Assembly: GCF_001194135.2 (NCBI RefSeq)
Contig: NC_069007.1
Span: forward strand, 5,684,449-5,724,768
Direction: 5' to 3'
DNA from: Octopus bimaculoides
Taxonomy: Eukaryota
DNA: 40,320 bases
Both the position numbers and the translations under genes were made by a program. Under the pieces are notes generated by a model that searched no databases, was not told the origin of the DNA, and saw only the letters and a program-made list of their open reading frames with translations. Shown here in pieces: positions 1 through 11,554 of the stretch (its first letter is position 1; every line of letters begins with the position of its first letter).

Positions 1-40
<40 letters not shown>

Positions 41-490
41 TATATATACTTAAGCTCTCCAATACAGAAACAAACATATTTACATATAAACACATCTATG
101 CAGTCGTTCCTAAAGACACAGAAACACACACACACACACACACACATTCATACACACACACCCAAATACATGCATACATTCTTGGAGGAATCTAAAACAG
201 AAGTTAAATTCCAAGAAACTGCTTTCTGAACACTACCATTCTGTAAAATGGCAGAACTCCAGCAACATTTGTGTCAGATTTGTATTTTGAAGTAAGAGAA
301 AGACTCAAAATTGAATTCCTTGTAAGTGGCCATCCATACATACTGGGTTGTCCTTTAAAGGTGCTCGTGACATGTTAAAAGCACTCAGCATCCATTGTTA
401 CTATGTCCACCCTCCAATTGTCTGTTGTGACATGGTTTCCATGGCATGATACTTAAACTATGTGAGGTTTCTATACATAAAACATTTTGG

Positions 491-731
491 GTAGTAGTGG
501 GAGACAGAAACTGAAAGAAGACCATCATATATATGTCTGTGTGTGTGTTTGTCCTTCCCCACCAGCACTTGACAACCAGCACTGGTGTGCTTACAACCAC
601 ATAACTTAGTGGTTCAGTCAAAGAGACCAATGGAATAAATGCTGGGGTCAATACATTTGGCTTAAGATTCTTTAAGGCAACGCTCCAGCATGGCTGCTGT
701 CTAATCACTGAAACAAGTGAAAGATAAAAGA
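491..731 (+). mobile_element. SINE family A, older subtype, 3' two-thirds
   Basis: Matches the A copies at 6524-6925 and 34263-34690 (gaaactgaaagaag...cttgacaacc...ccagcatggc...ctgaaacaagt), but is more diverged and lacks the head. Confidence 0.75.
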
Positions 732-948
732 TGCATGTATATATATATATATACTATAATATATATATATATATATAGAAGGTTTAGATTTAGATTCAAG
801 ACTGAATATGGTACTTATGTTTAGGCACCAGAATATAGTATGGAATGGTATTATACAAAAAGTAATGCTCGCATTACTTAAATAAATGGAGTAGCATGAA
901 ACGTGCGTACTGCAATCATCTTTGAAATCCGTGTCGCTTATTTTGGTT

Positions 949-986
<38 letters not shown>

Positions 987-1854
987 NNNNNNNNNNNNNN
1001 NNNNNNNNNNNNNNNNNNNNNNNNNNNNNNNNNNNNNNNNNNNNNNNNNNNNNNNNNNNNNNNNNNNNNNNNNNNNNNNNNNNNNNNNNNNNNNNNNNNN
1101 NNNNNNNNNNNNNNNNNNNNNNNNNNNNNNNNNNNNNNNNNNNNNNNNNNNNNNNNNNNNNNNNNNNNNNNNNNNNNNNNNNNNNNNNNNNNNNNNNNNN
1201 NNNNNNNNNNNNNNNNNNNNNNNNNNNNNNNNNNNNNNNNNNNNNNNNNNNNNNNNNNNNNNNNNNNNNNNNNNNNNNNNNNNNNNNNNNNNNNNNNNNN
1301 NNNNNNNNNNNNNNNNNNNNNNNNNNNNNNNNNNNNNNNNNNNNNNNNNNNNNNNNNNNNNNNNNNNNNNNNNNNNNNNNNNNNNNNNNNNNNNNNNNNN
1401 NNNNNNNNNNNNNNNNNNNNNNNNNNNNNNNNNNNNNNNNNNNNNNNNNNNNNNNNNNNNNNNNNNNNNNNNNNNNNNNNNNNNNNNNNNNNNNNNNNNN
1501 NNNNNNNNNNNNNNNNNNNNNNNNNNNNNNNNNNNNNNNNNNNNNNNNNNNNNNNNNNNNNNNNNNNNNNNNNNNNNNNNNNNNNNNNNNNNNNNNNNNN
1601 NNNNNNNNNNNNNNNNNNNNNNNNNNNNNNNNNNNNNNNNNNNNNNNNNNNNNNNNNNNNNNNNNNNNNNNNNNNNNNNNNNNNNNNNNNNNNNNNNNNN
1701 NNNNNNNNNNNNNNNNNNNNNNNNNNNNNNNNNNNNNNNNNNNNNNNNNNNNNNNNNNNNNNNNNNNNNNNNNNNNNNNNNNNNNNNNNNNNNNNNNNNN
1801 NNNNNNNNNNNNNNNNNNNNNNNNNNNNNNNNNNNNNNNNNNNNNNNNNNNNNN

Positions 1855-2223
1855 AATGGCCCAGTGGTTAGGGCAGTGGACTCACAGTCATAGGATCACG
1901 GTTTCGATTCCCAGACCAGGCGTTGTGAGTGTTTATTGAGCGAAAACATCTAAAGCTCCACAAGGCTCCAGCAGGGAGTGCTGGCGACCCCTGTTGTACT
2001 CTTTAACCACAACTTTCTTTCACTCTGTTTCTGTTGTGCCTGTAATTCAAAGGGTCAGCCTTGTCACACTGTGTCATGCTGAATATCTCCGAAAACTACG
2101 TTAAGGGTACACGTGTCTGTGGAATGCTCAGCCACTTGCACGTTCAATTTCATGAGCAGGCTGTTCCATTGATCGGATCAACTGGAACCCTCGACGTCGT
2201 AAGCAACGGAGTGCCAACAACAA
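1855..2223 (+). mobile_element. tRNA-derived SINE family C, near full length (5' end runs into the N-gap)
   Basis: A-box-like tggcccagtggtt, B-box-like ggtttcgattccc, (caa)n tail. Collinear with copies at 24153-24760 and 25407-25789. Confidence 0.85.
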
Positions 2224-2454
2224 TATATATACATATATATATATATAGTTAAAAAAAAACAATAACAAAAAAACAAAGTGAGGACGTGATATGGATAGTA
2301 TTATTGGACATATATATATATATATGTACACACATCATACATATATATATACACATCATACATATATATATATACACATCATATATATACACATACATAT
2401 ATATATATGCAAATGTTTTTGCAGATGAAAGACAGAAGATGGAATATACAAGAA

Positions 2455-2510
2455 TTTATTCTTAATCCCAACAATTGTTTCGACACATCTTGCATCAATT
2501 CGAGGTGTAA
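2455..2510 (-). ncRNA. Decayed 3' half of a hammerhead-like motif
   Basis: Minus strand reads partial hairpin-GAAA-CAATTG-TT-GGGATT-AAG-AATAAA. The CUGANGA core and the 5' strand of stem I are missing. Confidence 0.35.
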
Positions 2511-2565
2511 ACCATTTGTTTTATTATATAGAAATGTTTTTATGTGAATGTATATATATACATGT

Positions 2566-2787
2566 TCTCTTTTACTTTTTTACTTGTTTCAGTCATTTGA
2601 CTGCGGCCATACTGGAGCACTGTCTTTAGTTGAACAAATCAACACCAGGACTTATTCTTTGTAAGCCTAGTACTTATTCTATCGGTCTCTTTTTGCCAAA
2701 CTGCTAAGTTATGGGGATGCAAACGCACTAGCATCAGTTGTCAAACAATGATGGGCAGGACAAACACAGACACATAAATACATACAG
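2566..2787 (-). mobile_element. SINE family A, 3' half
   Basis: Reverse complement of the A tail (tacttgtttcagtcatttgactgcggccat...caaacacagacac). Confidence 0.85.
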
Positions 2788-2845
2788 TCAAACCGTCCAA
2801 CCGATGCCAGCATGGAAACGGACATTGGACGATGATGATGATGAT
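2787..2845 (+). mobile_element. Family B extreme 3' tail fragment ending in (GAT)n
   Basis: gtcaaaccgtccaaccgatgccagcatggaaacggac...gatgatgat matches the reverse complement of the B ends at 5361, 15854 and 36908. Confidence 0.7.
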
Positions 2846-2918
2846 TACTTCACCATGTTCTAGCCTTACCCACGATTCTTTATACAATATATTCTACACA
2901 ATGCTTCATAGTAATTAT

Positions 2919-2955
<37 letters not shown>

Positions 2956-4305
2956 GGTTTGAATAAACAATCAATTCAAATAAACGAATAATAAAATTAA
3001 GATGACGAGGATGCGTACAAGTAATGTATTAGTTTGATACTTGCTAAAAAGAGTTTTTAAAATTTTGGGTATAGCTCTTTGTTGGAAAGGAGAAAGAGAA
3101 AAGTCCAAAGAAGGGAAAGAAATCGCTAACAGTACATGTATAGTTACATATATACACACACACACACATGTTTGTGTGTGTGTGTGTGTATTTCTAAATA
3201 TATGAAGTGTTTTTACTGCTTCAAAAGCTATTGATAGTATCTGTATGCAGGCACTAAAATGAAGTGATACATAAATAGGTCTCACTAAAAGAAGAACCAG
3301 ATTTTAGAATTTTGTGTTGAGATTGAGATGGATGCATCATGTGATGCACCAGCATGGCCATAATCTCATGACTAAAATAAGTAAATGAGTAAATGCAATA
3401 AGAGACATTACCAACGAGTTCAGTGAGATAATTAGCTGTGAGGAATGAAAAAATTTAATATTTTGAGTAATTGCTCATCTTCCCTGGAGGGAAAGAGTCA
3501 GAAAGAAGAGAAAGCGAGAAAGAGAAAAAGAGAGAGAGAGGGAGAGAGACAGAGGGGGAAGGAGAGAGATTGAGATAAGAAGAGAGAGAGAGAGAAGCTA
3601 TGTAGAAAAATTACCATCATGGTTACAAAATTCCAGATGAAAACTGGAAAAATTAAAGAATTAATGTGTTTGGTTGATGGGGCGGAGTTTGATGAAGTAA
3701 CAAATGGCAGAACCAATTGTAAGTGGTGTGAGTAGTGTGTGAGGTGAACGACGGAGGAGGGAGTAAACAGTAAAGAGGCAGTAAAGGTGGTGGGAGGTGG
3801 GGAAAAGTCAAAGTTTGTAACAAGCACGCTAAATTAAGCAGCCATATTAATGCTGCATTTGTGAAAAGACATTTTGGTTAAATTCTTCACTAGTTCTTTT
3901 GTTTTGGGATATTTCATAATCAAAGTCACTCAGCAGTAATTTATAGAACCACCAGGCATATATAGCTTGTTTCTTTGACTCATATCCTGTTTTTAGCCTC
4001 TGATGCTTAATATTTCCTGAAGTGTAGAAGGAAAATTCTAAAACTGTCTTGTGCAAGAGGTGTATGGAATGCTACCAAAATAGAATTTTCAAAATGATCA
4101 AATATGGAGTTGCAGTTGGTGGAGCTTTGAAAATATTCAGATGATCTCTCATAATTGCAGTTTAATAATAGACAAACCAGTTTTTATTTTGATGGCATAA
4201 ATCCATATTTCTTGCAATTATTTCACCATTCTTCCTTTTAAACCCAAATTTCTGGAACTAGAAATATGGCACATGGTCTAGTTTGTCTTTTTTTTTTCTT
4301 CCCAT

Positions 4306-4500
4306 TACTTGTTTCAGTCATTAAACTGTGTCCATGCTGGGGCACCATCTTGAAGAATCGTCCCCAGTACTCTTTTTTTTTTTTTAAGCATGGAACCTAT
4401 TCTATTGATTTCTTTTGCCAAACTGCTATGTCACAAGATGTAAACATACCAACACAAGTTGCCAAGTGGTGATGGGAGACAAACACACACACACACACAC
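4306..4500 (-). mobile_element. SINE family A, older subtype, diverged 3' half
   Basis: ttacttgtttcagtcatt...ccatgctggggcacc...gatgtaaacatacc...gacaaacac. Confidence 0.65.
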
Positions 4501-4760
4501 AGATATACATATAGACAGATAGATAAATACAAATATAATAGGAGCAGGCATGGCTATGTGGTAAGAAGCTTGCTTCCCAACCACATGGATCTGGATTCAG
4601 TTCCCCTGCATAGCACCTTGGACAAGTGCCTTCTATTATAGCCTCGGGCCATAATAGAAGACACTTCTCCATCTACCAAATCCACTTGTGAGTGGATTTG
4701 GTAGACGGAAACTGAAAGAAGACCATCACGTGTGTGTGTCTGTGTGTTTGTGTGTATACT

Positions 4761-4974
4761 CTTTACTCTTTTATGCTTTTACTTGTTTCAGTCATTTGAC
4801 TGTGGCCATGCTGGAGCACCGCCTTTAGTCAAGCAAATCAACCCCAGGACTTATTGTTTGGAAGCCTAGTACTTATTCTATCGGTCTCTTTTGCCGAACC
4901 GCTAAGTTACGGGGATGTAAACACACCACCATTGGTTGTCAAGCGATGGTGGGGGGACAAACACAGACACACAA

Positions 4975-5021
<47 letters not shown>

Positions 5022-5186
5022 TACGACGGGCTTCTTTCAGTTTCCATCTACCAAATCCACTCACAAGGCTTTGGTCGGCCCGAGGCTATAGTGGAAGACA
5101 CTTGCCCAAAGTGCCACGCAGTGGGAATGAACCCGGAACCATGTGGTTGGTACGCAAGCTACTTAACACACAGCCACTCCTGCGAC
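4761..5186 (-). mobile_element. Full-length tRNA-derived SINE family A with internal (TA)n/(TG)n
   Basis: Reverse complement of the complete A copy at 6524-6925, from head (gtcgcaggagtggctgtgtg) to tail (gaaacaagtaaaag). Confidence 0.9.
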
Positions 5187-5360
5187 TATATATTATGTGT
5201 GTGTGCGTTTGTCCCTGACCACTACTTGACAACTGGTGTTGGTGTGTTTACAGCCTTGTAACTTAGCAGTTCAGTGAAAAAGATCGACAGTAAAAATACT
5301 AGGCTTCATAAAATATTGTTTAAAATTTTTTTTTGTTTAAAATAAGTCCTGGGGTTAATT

Positions 5361-5625
5361 CATCATCATCATCATCATCATCGTTTAACGTCCGCTTTCC
5401 ATGCTAGCATGGGTTGGACAATTTGACTGAGGACTGGTGAAACCAGATGGGTGCACCAGGCTCCAATGTGATCTGGCAGAGTTTCTACATCTGGATGCCC
5501 TTCCTAACGTCAACCACTCCGAGAGTGTAGTGGGTGCTTGTACGTGCCACCGGCACGAAGGCCAGTCAGGCGGTACTGGCAACGGCCACGCTCGAAATGG
5601 TGTATTTTACGTGCCACCTGCACAG
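5361..5625 (-). mobile_element. Family B, 5'-truncated retroposon with RTE-like 3' tail and (GAT)n end
   Basis: catcatcatcgtttaacgtccgctttccatgctagcatgg...ggatgcccttcc. Closely similar to 15854-16292 and 36908-37245. The RTE assignment is by resemblance, not alignment. Confidence 0.8.
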
Positions 5626-6267
5626 TCATTTGTCTAAAAATTCTTCAAGGCAGTGCCCCAGCATGGTCACAGTCTAATGATTGAAACAAGTAAAGAATAA
5701 AGAATAAAGAATAAAGAATAAAAGACATTATTTTCCAATGCAGATATTTTACATTGTTTTTTTTTTATTATTTTTAATTAATCTCATCCTTTTGCTTCTC
5801 CCCTATATTTTAATCTTATCTTTTAATCTGGATTTGCTTTATCTACCTGCTTCTTTCTTCCCTAATCCGGCAGCTTTGTGGTATTTGTCAAATCTCCTTG
5901 GAAACAAAGAATAACATTTTTCTGGATTTTGGCAAATGTTTGGCAAGCAGAATCAGCAATAATTTATTGTTGCCGATGTTGTTGGTGTTGTGGTTATGGC
6001 TTCTTCAGTGCATTAATAACCTCTGCTAAAAGATGAAGAGCTCTATGATTAATTTAAGAAATTGTAATTAAAAACTAATGATGATGATGATGGTGGTGAT
6101 GATGACGATAACGATGATGGATGATGATTATGATAATGCTAATCATCGCTATCTGCATTATTATCACATTTGCAGTCATGTTGCAGTTGTAAATAGCACT
6201 TAATCATCATCATCATCATCATTATCATCACCATCACCACCACCGTCATCATCATCATCAACATTCA

Positions 6268-6520
6268 GGTGATGAGCTGGCAGAATCATTGGCACGCCAA
6301 GCAAAATGCCTGGTGGCATTTCGTCTATCTTTATATTCGGAGTTTGAATTCTGCTGACGTTGACTTAGCCTTTCATCCTATTGGAATCGATAAAATAAAC
6401 TCAGTAACTGGGGTCAATTTAATTGACTTATCCTCTCCTTTGAAATTGCTGGCCTTATACTAAAATATGAAACTATCATTACTATTACTATCATTACTAT
6501 TATTATTATCATTATTACCA
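6268..6520 (+). mobile_element. tRNA-derived SINE family D with (ATT)n-type tail
   Basis: gagctggcagaatc A-box-like, gagtttgaattc B-box-like, gcctttcatcc...ctggggtc...gaaattgctggcc body. Confidence 0.8.
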
Positions 6521-6523
6521 TTA

Positions 6524-6925
6524 GGCGCAGGAGTGGCTGTGTGGTAAGTAGCTTGCTTACGAACCACATGGTCCCGGGTTCAGTCCCACTGCATGGCACC
6601 CTGGGCAAGTGTCTTCTACTATAGCCTCGGGCCGACCAAAGCCTTGTGAGTAGATTTGGTAGATGGAAACTGAAAAGAAGCCCGTCGTATATATGTATAT
6701 ATATATATATATGTATGTGTGTTTGTATGTCTGTGTTTGTCACCCCAGCATCATTTGACAACCGATGCTGGTGTGTTTACGTCCCCGTAACTTAGCGGTT
6801 CGGCAAAAAGACACCGATAGAATAAGTACTAGGCTTACAAAGAATAAGTCCTGGGGTGGATTTGCTCGACTAAAGGCAGTGCTCCAGCATGGCTGCAGTC
6901 AAATGACTGAAACAAGTAAAAGAGT
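6524..6925 (+). mobile_element. Full-length tRNA-derived SINE family A
   Basis: ggcgcaggagtggctgtgtggtaag head, gggttcagtccc B-box-like, ccctgggcaagtgtctt CORE-like segment, internal microsatellite, tail gaaacaagtaaaagag. Confidence 0.9.
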
Positions 6926-6935
6926 ATTATTATTA

Positions 6936-7182
6936 AGGCACTGGGCTGGCAGAATCCTTAACGCACTGGACGAAATGCTTAGTGGTACTTCACCCATCAC
7001 TACATCTGAGTTCAAATGCCACCAAGATCGACTTTACCTTTCGTCCTATAGGGATCAATAAAATAAGTACCAGTTGAACACTGGGGTGGATGTAATCGAC
7101 TCATCCCCTCCCCCAAAATTGCTGCCCTTGGGGCAAAATTTGAAACCATTATTATTATCATTATTATTATTATTATTATCAT
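6936..7182 (+). mobile_element. SINE family D
   Basis: Collinear with 6268-6520; gagttcaaatgcc B-box-like; (ATT)n tail. Confidence 0.85.
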
Positions 7183-7183
7183 T

Positions 7184-7400
7184 GGAGGCAGTGAGCTGAT
7201 AGAATTGTTAGCACCGCAGGTGCAATGCTTAGTGGAATTTCGTCCGTCCTTACATTCTAAGTTCAAACTCCGCCAAGATCGACTTTGCCTCTTCATCCTT
7301 TCAGTTATGCACTGGGGTTGATGTGATCGACTTAATCCCTTCCCCCAAATTTGAGGCCTTGTGCTTTCAGTAGAAAGGATTATTGTCATCATCATCATCA

Positions 7401-7437
<37 letters not shown>
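7184..7437 (+). mobile_element. SINE family D
   Basis: ggaggcagtgagctgatagaattg head, gttcaaactcc B-box-like, (ATC)/(ATT)n tail. Confidence 0.85.
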
Positions 7438-7769
7438 TTTTCATCTTCTTTTAGTATTAATACATTTTTGTTAATCTGCAGCAGACTGTCTGCAAAAAAA
7501 AAAAAAAAATAGAAGACAAACAAACAAACTATACAAAGCACTAATTAAGGTCATTATCAAACGAACAGTTTATCGTCCTTAACAAAAGTTCACACAAAGT
7601 AGCAACGAAAAACTGCCCTCTGGCCTAAAAACCGCTAAACCTCAATAACCAACAACGAACAGTACAAAGCTAAAACAGAAAACCTTGCATGAAGGTTGCA
7701 TCACATATAAAATCATGTAATTGTTTCTGCGGCTTATCTCCACAGGATTAAAAACAGATTAACCATTGC

Positions 7770-7990
7770 TTTTATTTCTTTTATCTTTGAACATTTTACT
7801 TGTTTCAGTCATAAGACTGTGGCCATGCTGGGGCACCACTTTGAAGAAATTTAGTTGAATGAATTGGACTCCAGGGCATATGTTTTATGTTTTTTTTGTT
7901 TTTAAAGCTTGGTATGTATTCTATCGTTCTCGGAACCGTGATGTTATGTGTATGTAAACACACCAACACTACTGTGAGACATACAAAAAT
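7770..7990 (-). mobile_element. SINE family A, older subtype, 3' half
   Basis: ttacttgtttcagtcataagactgtggccatgctggggcacc...gtaaacacaccaacac. Confidence 0.65.
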
Positions 7991-8012
7991 ACAGAGACAC
8001 ATAGAAATATGT

Positions 8013-8232
8013 CATCATCATCATCATCATCGTTTGACATCCATTTTCTATACAGGCATGGGTGGTCAGTTTAACTGGAGCTGGCCATCCAGAGAGGTGT
8101 CCTGACATCAATTGTCTGTTTTGGCATAATTTTCTACGGCTGGATGCCCTTCCTGATGCCAACCACTCTCCTGAGTGCACTGGGTTCTTTCTATGTGCCA
8201 CAGGCATGGGTACATTTATGTGGCACTGGCAT
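8013..8232 (-). mobile_element. Family B-related diverged retroposon 3' end
   Basis: (cat)n followed by cgtttgacatccatttt...ttttctacggctggatgcccttcctgatgccaacc. Confidence 0.7.
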
Positions 8233-8342
8233 AAGAGTACTTTATGTGTGTGCATGCGTGTGTGAATACACATGTGCACACACAAACACATATGTACATA
8301 TATCGTTGTCATGGCTGATGCTGTTGTCATGTAACTGGTACC

Positions 8343-8826
8343 TGTGCTACACCACACGGGGAACTAACCCACAGATTTAGAAAAATCCTGAAGGATACTA
8401 TGTTAAACATAAAAGTCATGGAAAAACCAGGGAGATTCATTAGGTGAATAATATACAAAACATACCCTTCAGAAAACCCACGTGTGTAGAAGAGAATTGT
8501 GTAATGTGCAAATATAGCTCTGGTGTCGACTGCAAAATGCAAAATGTTGTTTACCGAATAAACTGCATGGATGATGATTGTAAAAACCGGAAGACTGCAT
8601 ACATAGGTGAAATGGCGAGAAGTTTGGCCAAGTGCATTGGGGGGGGGGGGGAGTACAGGGATCAAAGTCAAACTTCGATACTCTACCAGAATGCCAAAGA
8701 ACAACATGGTGGTGTGCTGAACCGGATTAGCATAGAAATCCTGTCTAGACACCCGGACGACGCATCACTACGACAGATACGAGAGTCAGTCTTCATAAAA
8801 GAAACATGACCGGTTTTGAATAGTAA
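8343..8826 (+). pseudogene. Penelope-like element 3' remnant: RT-EN linker and GIY-YIG endonuclease, frameshifted
   Basis: Linker ATPHGELTHRFRKIL...IKVMEKPG. Then ORF 8444-8809 with a Cys cluster, NVVY...C...C...YIGE(M)ARS, H-rich middle and D..LRQIRESVFI, then ET*PVLNS. This is the layout of PLE GIY-YIG domains. Confidence 0.8.
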
Positions 8827-9071
8827 TTACTCTCATCGGGCAGAAGCCTTACAAAGCCCTATGGATGCACACACACACACACACACACACATACACATAC
8901 AGATGCACACACTTACGTATAAACATGCACACATACAGACATACACACATTCATATACTCCTCTTGGACAGATCTCGGACAAATCCCAATGCTTGAACAT
9001 AAGTTCAGAAGAAATGGAAGTAGAGAGATGTTTCACTGAAGACATTGAAAAATGTGATGAAATAATTATTT

Positions 9072-9142
9072 GAGTGCTTTTACGTGTCACCGACACGAAG
9101 GCCAGTCAGGCGGTACTGGCAGTGGCCACGCTCAAAATGGTG

Positions 9143-9146
<4 letters not shown>
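9072..9146 (-). mobile_element. Family B internal fragment
   Basis: gtgcttttacgtgtcaccgacacgaaggccagtcaggcggtactggc...ggtgtatt, near-identical to about 5533-5608. Confidence 0.75.
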
Positions 9147-9216
<70 letters not shown>

Positions 9217-9218
9217 TA

Positions 9219-9381
9219 TGACGGGTTTCTTTCAGTTTCCATCTACCAAATCCACTCACAAGGCTTTGGTCGGCCCGAGGCTATAGTAGAAGACACCTGC
9301 CCAAGGTGCCACACAGTGGGACTGAACCCGGAACCATGTGGTTGGTAAGCAAGCTACTTACCACACAGCCACTCCTACACC
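9219..9381 (-). mobile_element. SINE family A, head and CORE-like half
   Basis: Reverse complement of 6524-6690; ends in the (TA)n tract at 9147-9218. Confidence 0.85.
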
Positions 9382-9869
9382 TATATATATATATATATAT
9401 AATATTTGGACAAATATTTAAGTTTCTGTACACATACCTATCTATCTATCATTCTATCTATCTATATGTGTTCATACAAAATATTTACTCCCTAATTATT
9501 ACTTATTCTAACCCTTTAATCATTACCACTGAGTCCATGCTGCAACACCATCTAAAGTTTAAAAGACCTGTTTTTCTATCATCACTATACATGCCTCTGG
9601 AATGGGGCAGGGGATAATGATGGCCAATGCTTTTTCTTTCATTTTCATTGCTAATTGGTAGATCAATGAATCTTTTGTGGTTGTTTCATGCTGGCCATAA
9701 GATGTGCCTTTCTTTGAAGTTTTGCATAAATAAATACACTCGACAAAATGTATATTGAGTACTTATTCCTTTTTCTGCTTATTTTCATTTTTGGTTTGAA
9801 ACATATACACATACAATCATGGCATGTAAACATGCATATGTACATATATAACATGCTGTTTTACTGAAC

Positions 9870-10415
9870 CCTCATTCGTTGATCAGGAAAAGGTAATCCA
9901 TCACACACACACACACACACACACGTGTATATATATGTATATATATATATATATATATACGTACATATATACATACATATATACATACATTTATATATAC
10001 ATATATACACACACATATGTATTCATATATATGTATATACATATTTATATATATATGTGTATACATACACACACACATGCATGTATATATACATGCAGAT
10101 ACACATGATAAACTCATAAAGATAAGTATAAATCATATAGATGCGTATAATATGTATGTACATATGTATAAAATCACTCAAATGTGTGTGTGTATACTTA
10201 TATATGTATGAATGTTTAAATGTTTATAATGTATGTATGGATAGATAGGTAGATAGGTAGATAGATAGATAGATAGATAGATAGACGTATGTATATGTAT
10301 GGATATGTTTACACAATTGCTTGTCAGACTGTCCCTCTATGCCTGAAACTATGTAAATGCCTATATGTGCGTGCATGTATAAATACATCCAAATACGAAA
10401 CTGCCCCTACACATA

Positions 10416-10461
<46 letters not shown>

Positions 10462-10986
10462 CACATGCACAAACATGTGCATGCATGCGCTATATGCATA
10501 TTTCAGCCAATACTCACACACTCTTCGCAACTGAATATATGTAAATGTATTTGGCTGGAAGGAGGCCTAATTGGGCACACATGTTTTACATTACAAAATG
10601 GAAATAGAAAAATGGCTGCATATTTATATCGAATGCATACAACAGGAGACAGCGTGTACTTTTATATGCAATTTCATATCAGTGCGCACATATACACGCA
10701 TGCATAAACATACATACACACACACATGTAACTATAAATGTGTGTTTGTTTGTGTGTGTGTGTGTCTATATATAAATACATGCATTCATATATGTGTGTG
10801 TATATACATATACATATATATACACATACGCACTATTTATATATGTATATACATACATACAAATGTATATATATATATACAGAGAGAGAGAGAGATGTAT
10901 GCTTATATATGTTTATATACACATACATATATACACACATGCATAAATATATATGCATACATATGTATATATATTTATATACATAC

Positions 10987-11019
<33 letters not shown>

Positions 11020-11097
11020 CATATGTGTGTGTGTGTATACATACATATAAATATATATATATATACATATATATATATGCATACAGATATATATGTA

Positions 11098-11185
<88 letters not shown>

Positions 11186-11190
11186 TCTGT
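9870..11190. repeat. Compound (TA)n/(CA)n/(TG)n/(GATA)n low-complexity block
   Basis: Direct inspection; source of many spurious YI/HT/CV-rich ORFs. Confidence 0.9.
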
Positions 11191-11554
11191 GAGTAGAGAG
11201 AGTGTATAGAAATTTGAATATTTGTCTAGCTTAGCTATCGTATTTGAACAAATACTACAATTGTGCGTCAAATGAAAATATAATGATGACCTCTCCACCA
11301 CTACCCCACAACTACCCCACCACAACCACCACCACCACTACCACACAGTACTAGCTCGTTTGCTGAACAATGGAGAGCAATATGTAAATCAGCCGAAATT
11401 ATGCGATGTTTATTTATGAAGAGGACAATGGCAGTTCCAATGATCTCTGATAAAGAGGAAGGTTAATGTTTATTGGCCACATTTATATAAAGATGGTCTG
11501 TAAACATGGCACACAGAAGGATAGAGGCACTGGATATGTCATTCTCTGATGTAA

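Larger units (their letters stand above)
4541..5725 (+). mobile_element. Old SINE A copy split into three pieces (4541-4760, 5190-5360, 5626-5725) by two nested insertions
   Basis: Head, middle and tail of the A consensus occur in order on + and are contiguous once 4761-5186 and 5361-5625 are removed. Confidence 0.7.

Noticed and set aside
795-920. Possible fifth hammerhead (ctgaata...gaaacgtgcgta)
   Set aside because: The core is non-canonical, stem III is not palindromic and stem I does not pair at the junction; too decayed to support.
903-1939. Long ORFs spanning N-gaps (also 13841-14327, 21153-21773, 27177-27710, 28565-28943, 30397-30964, 34988-35480, 37838-38131, 38934-39858)
   Set aside because: Length comes from unknown bases translated as X; no coding evidence.
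4854-6761. Recurring peptides such as EDTCP.CHAVG.NPEPCGW in many ORFs
   Set aside because: They recur because they are translations of SINE family A, not a protein family.
9872-11325. YI/HT/CV-rich ORFs (also 21868-22329 and 35710-36187)
   Set aside because: Read-through of dinucleotide microsatellites in several frames on both strands.
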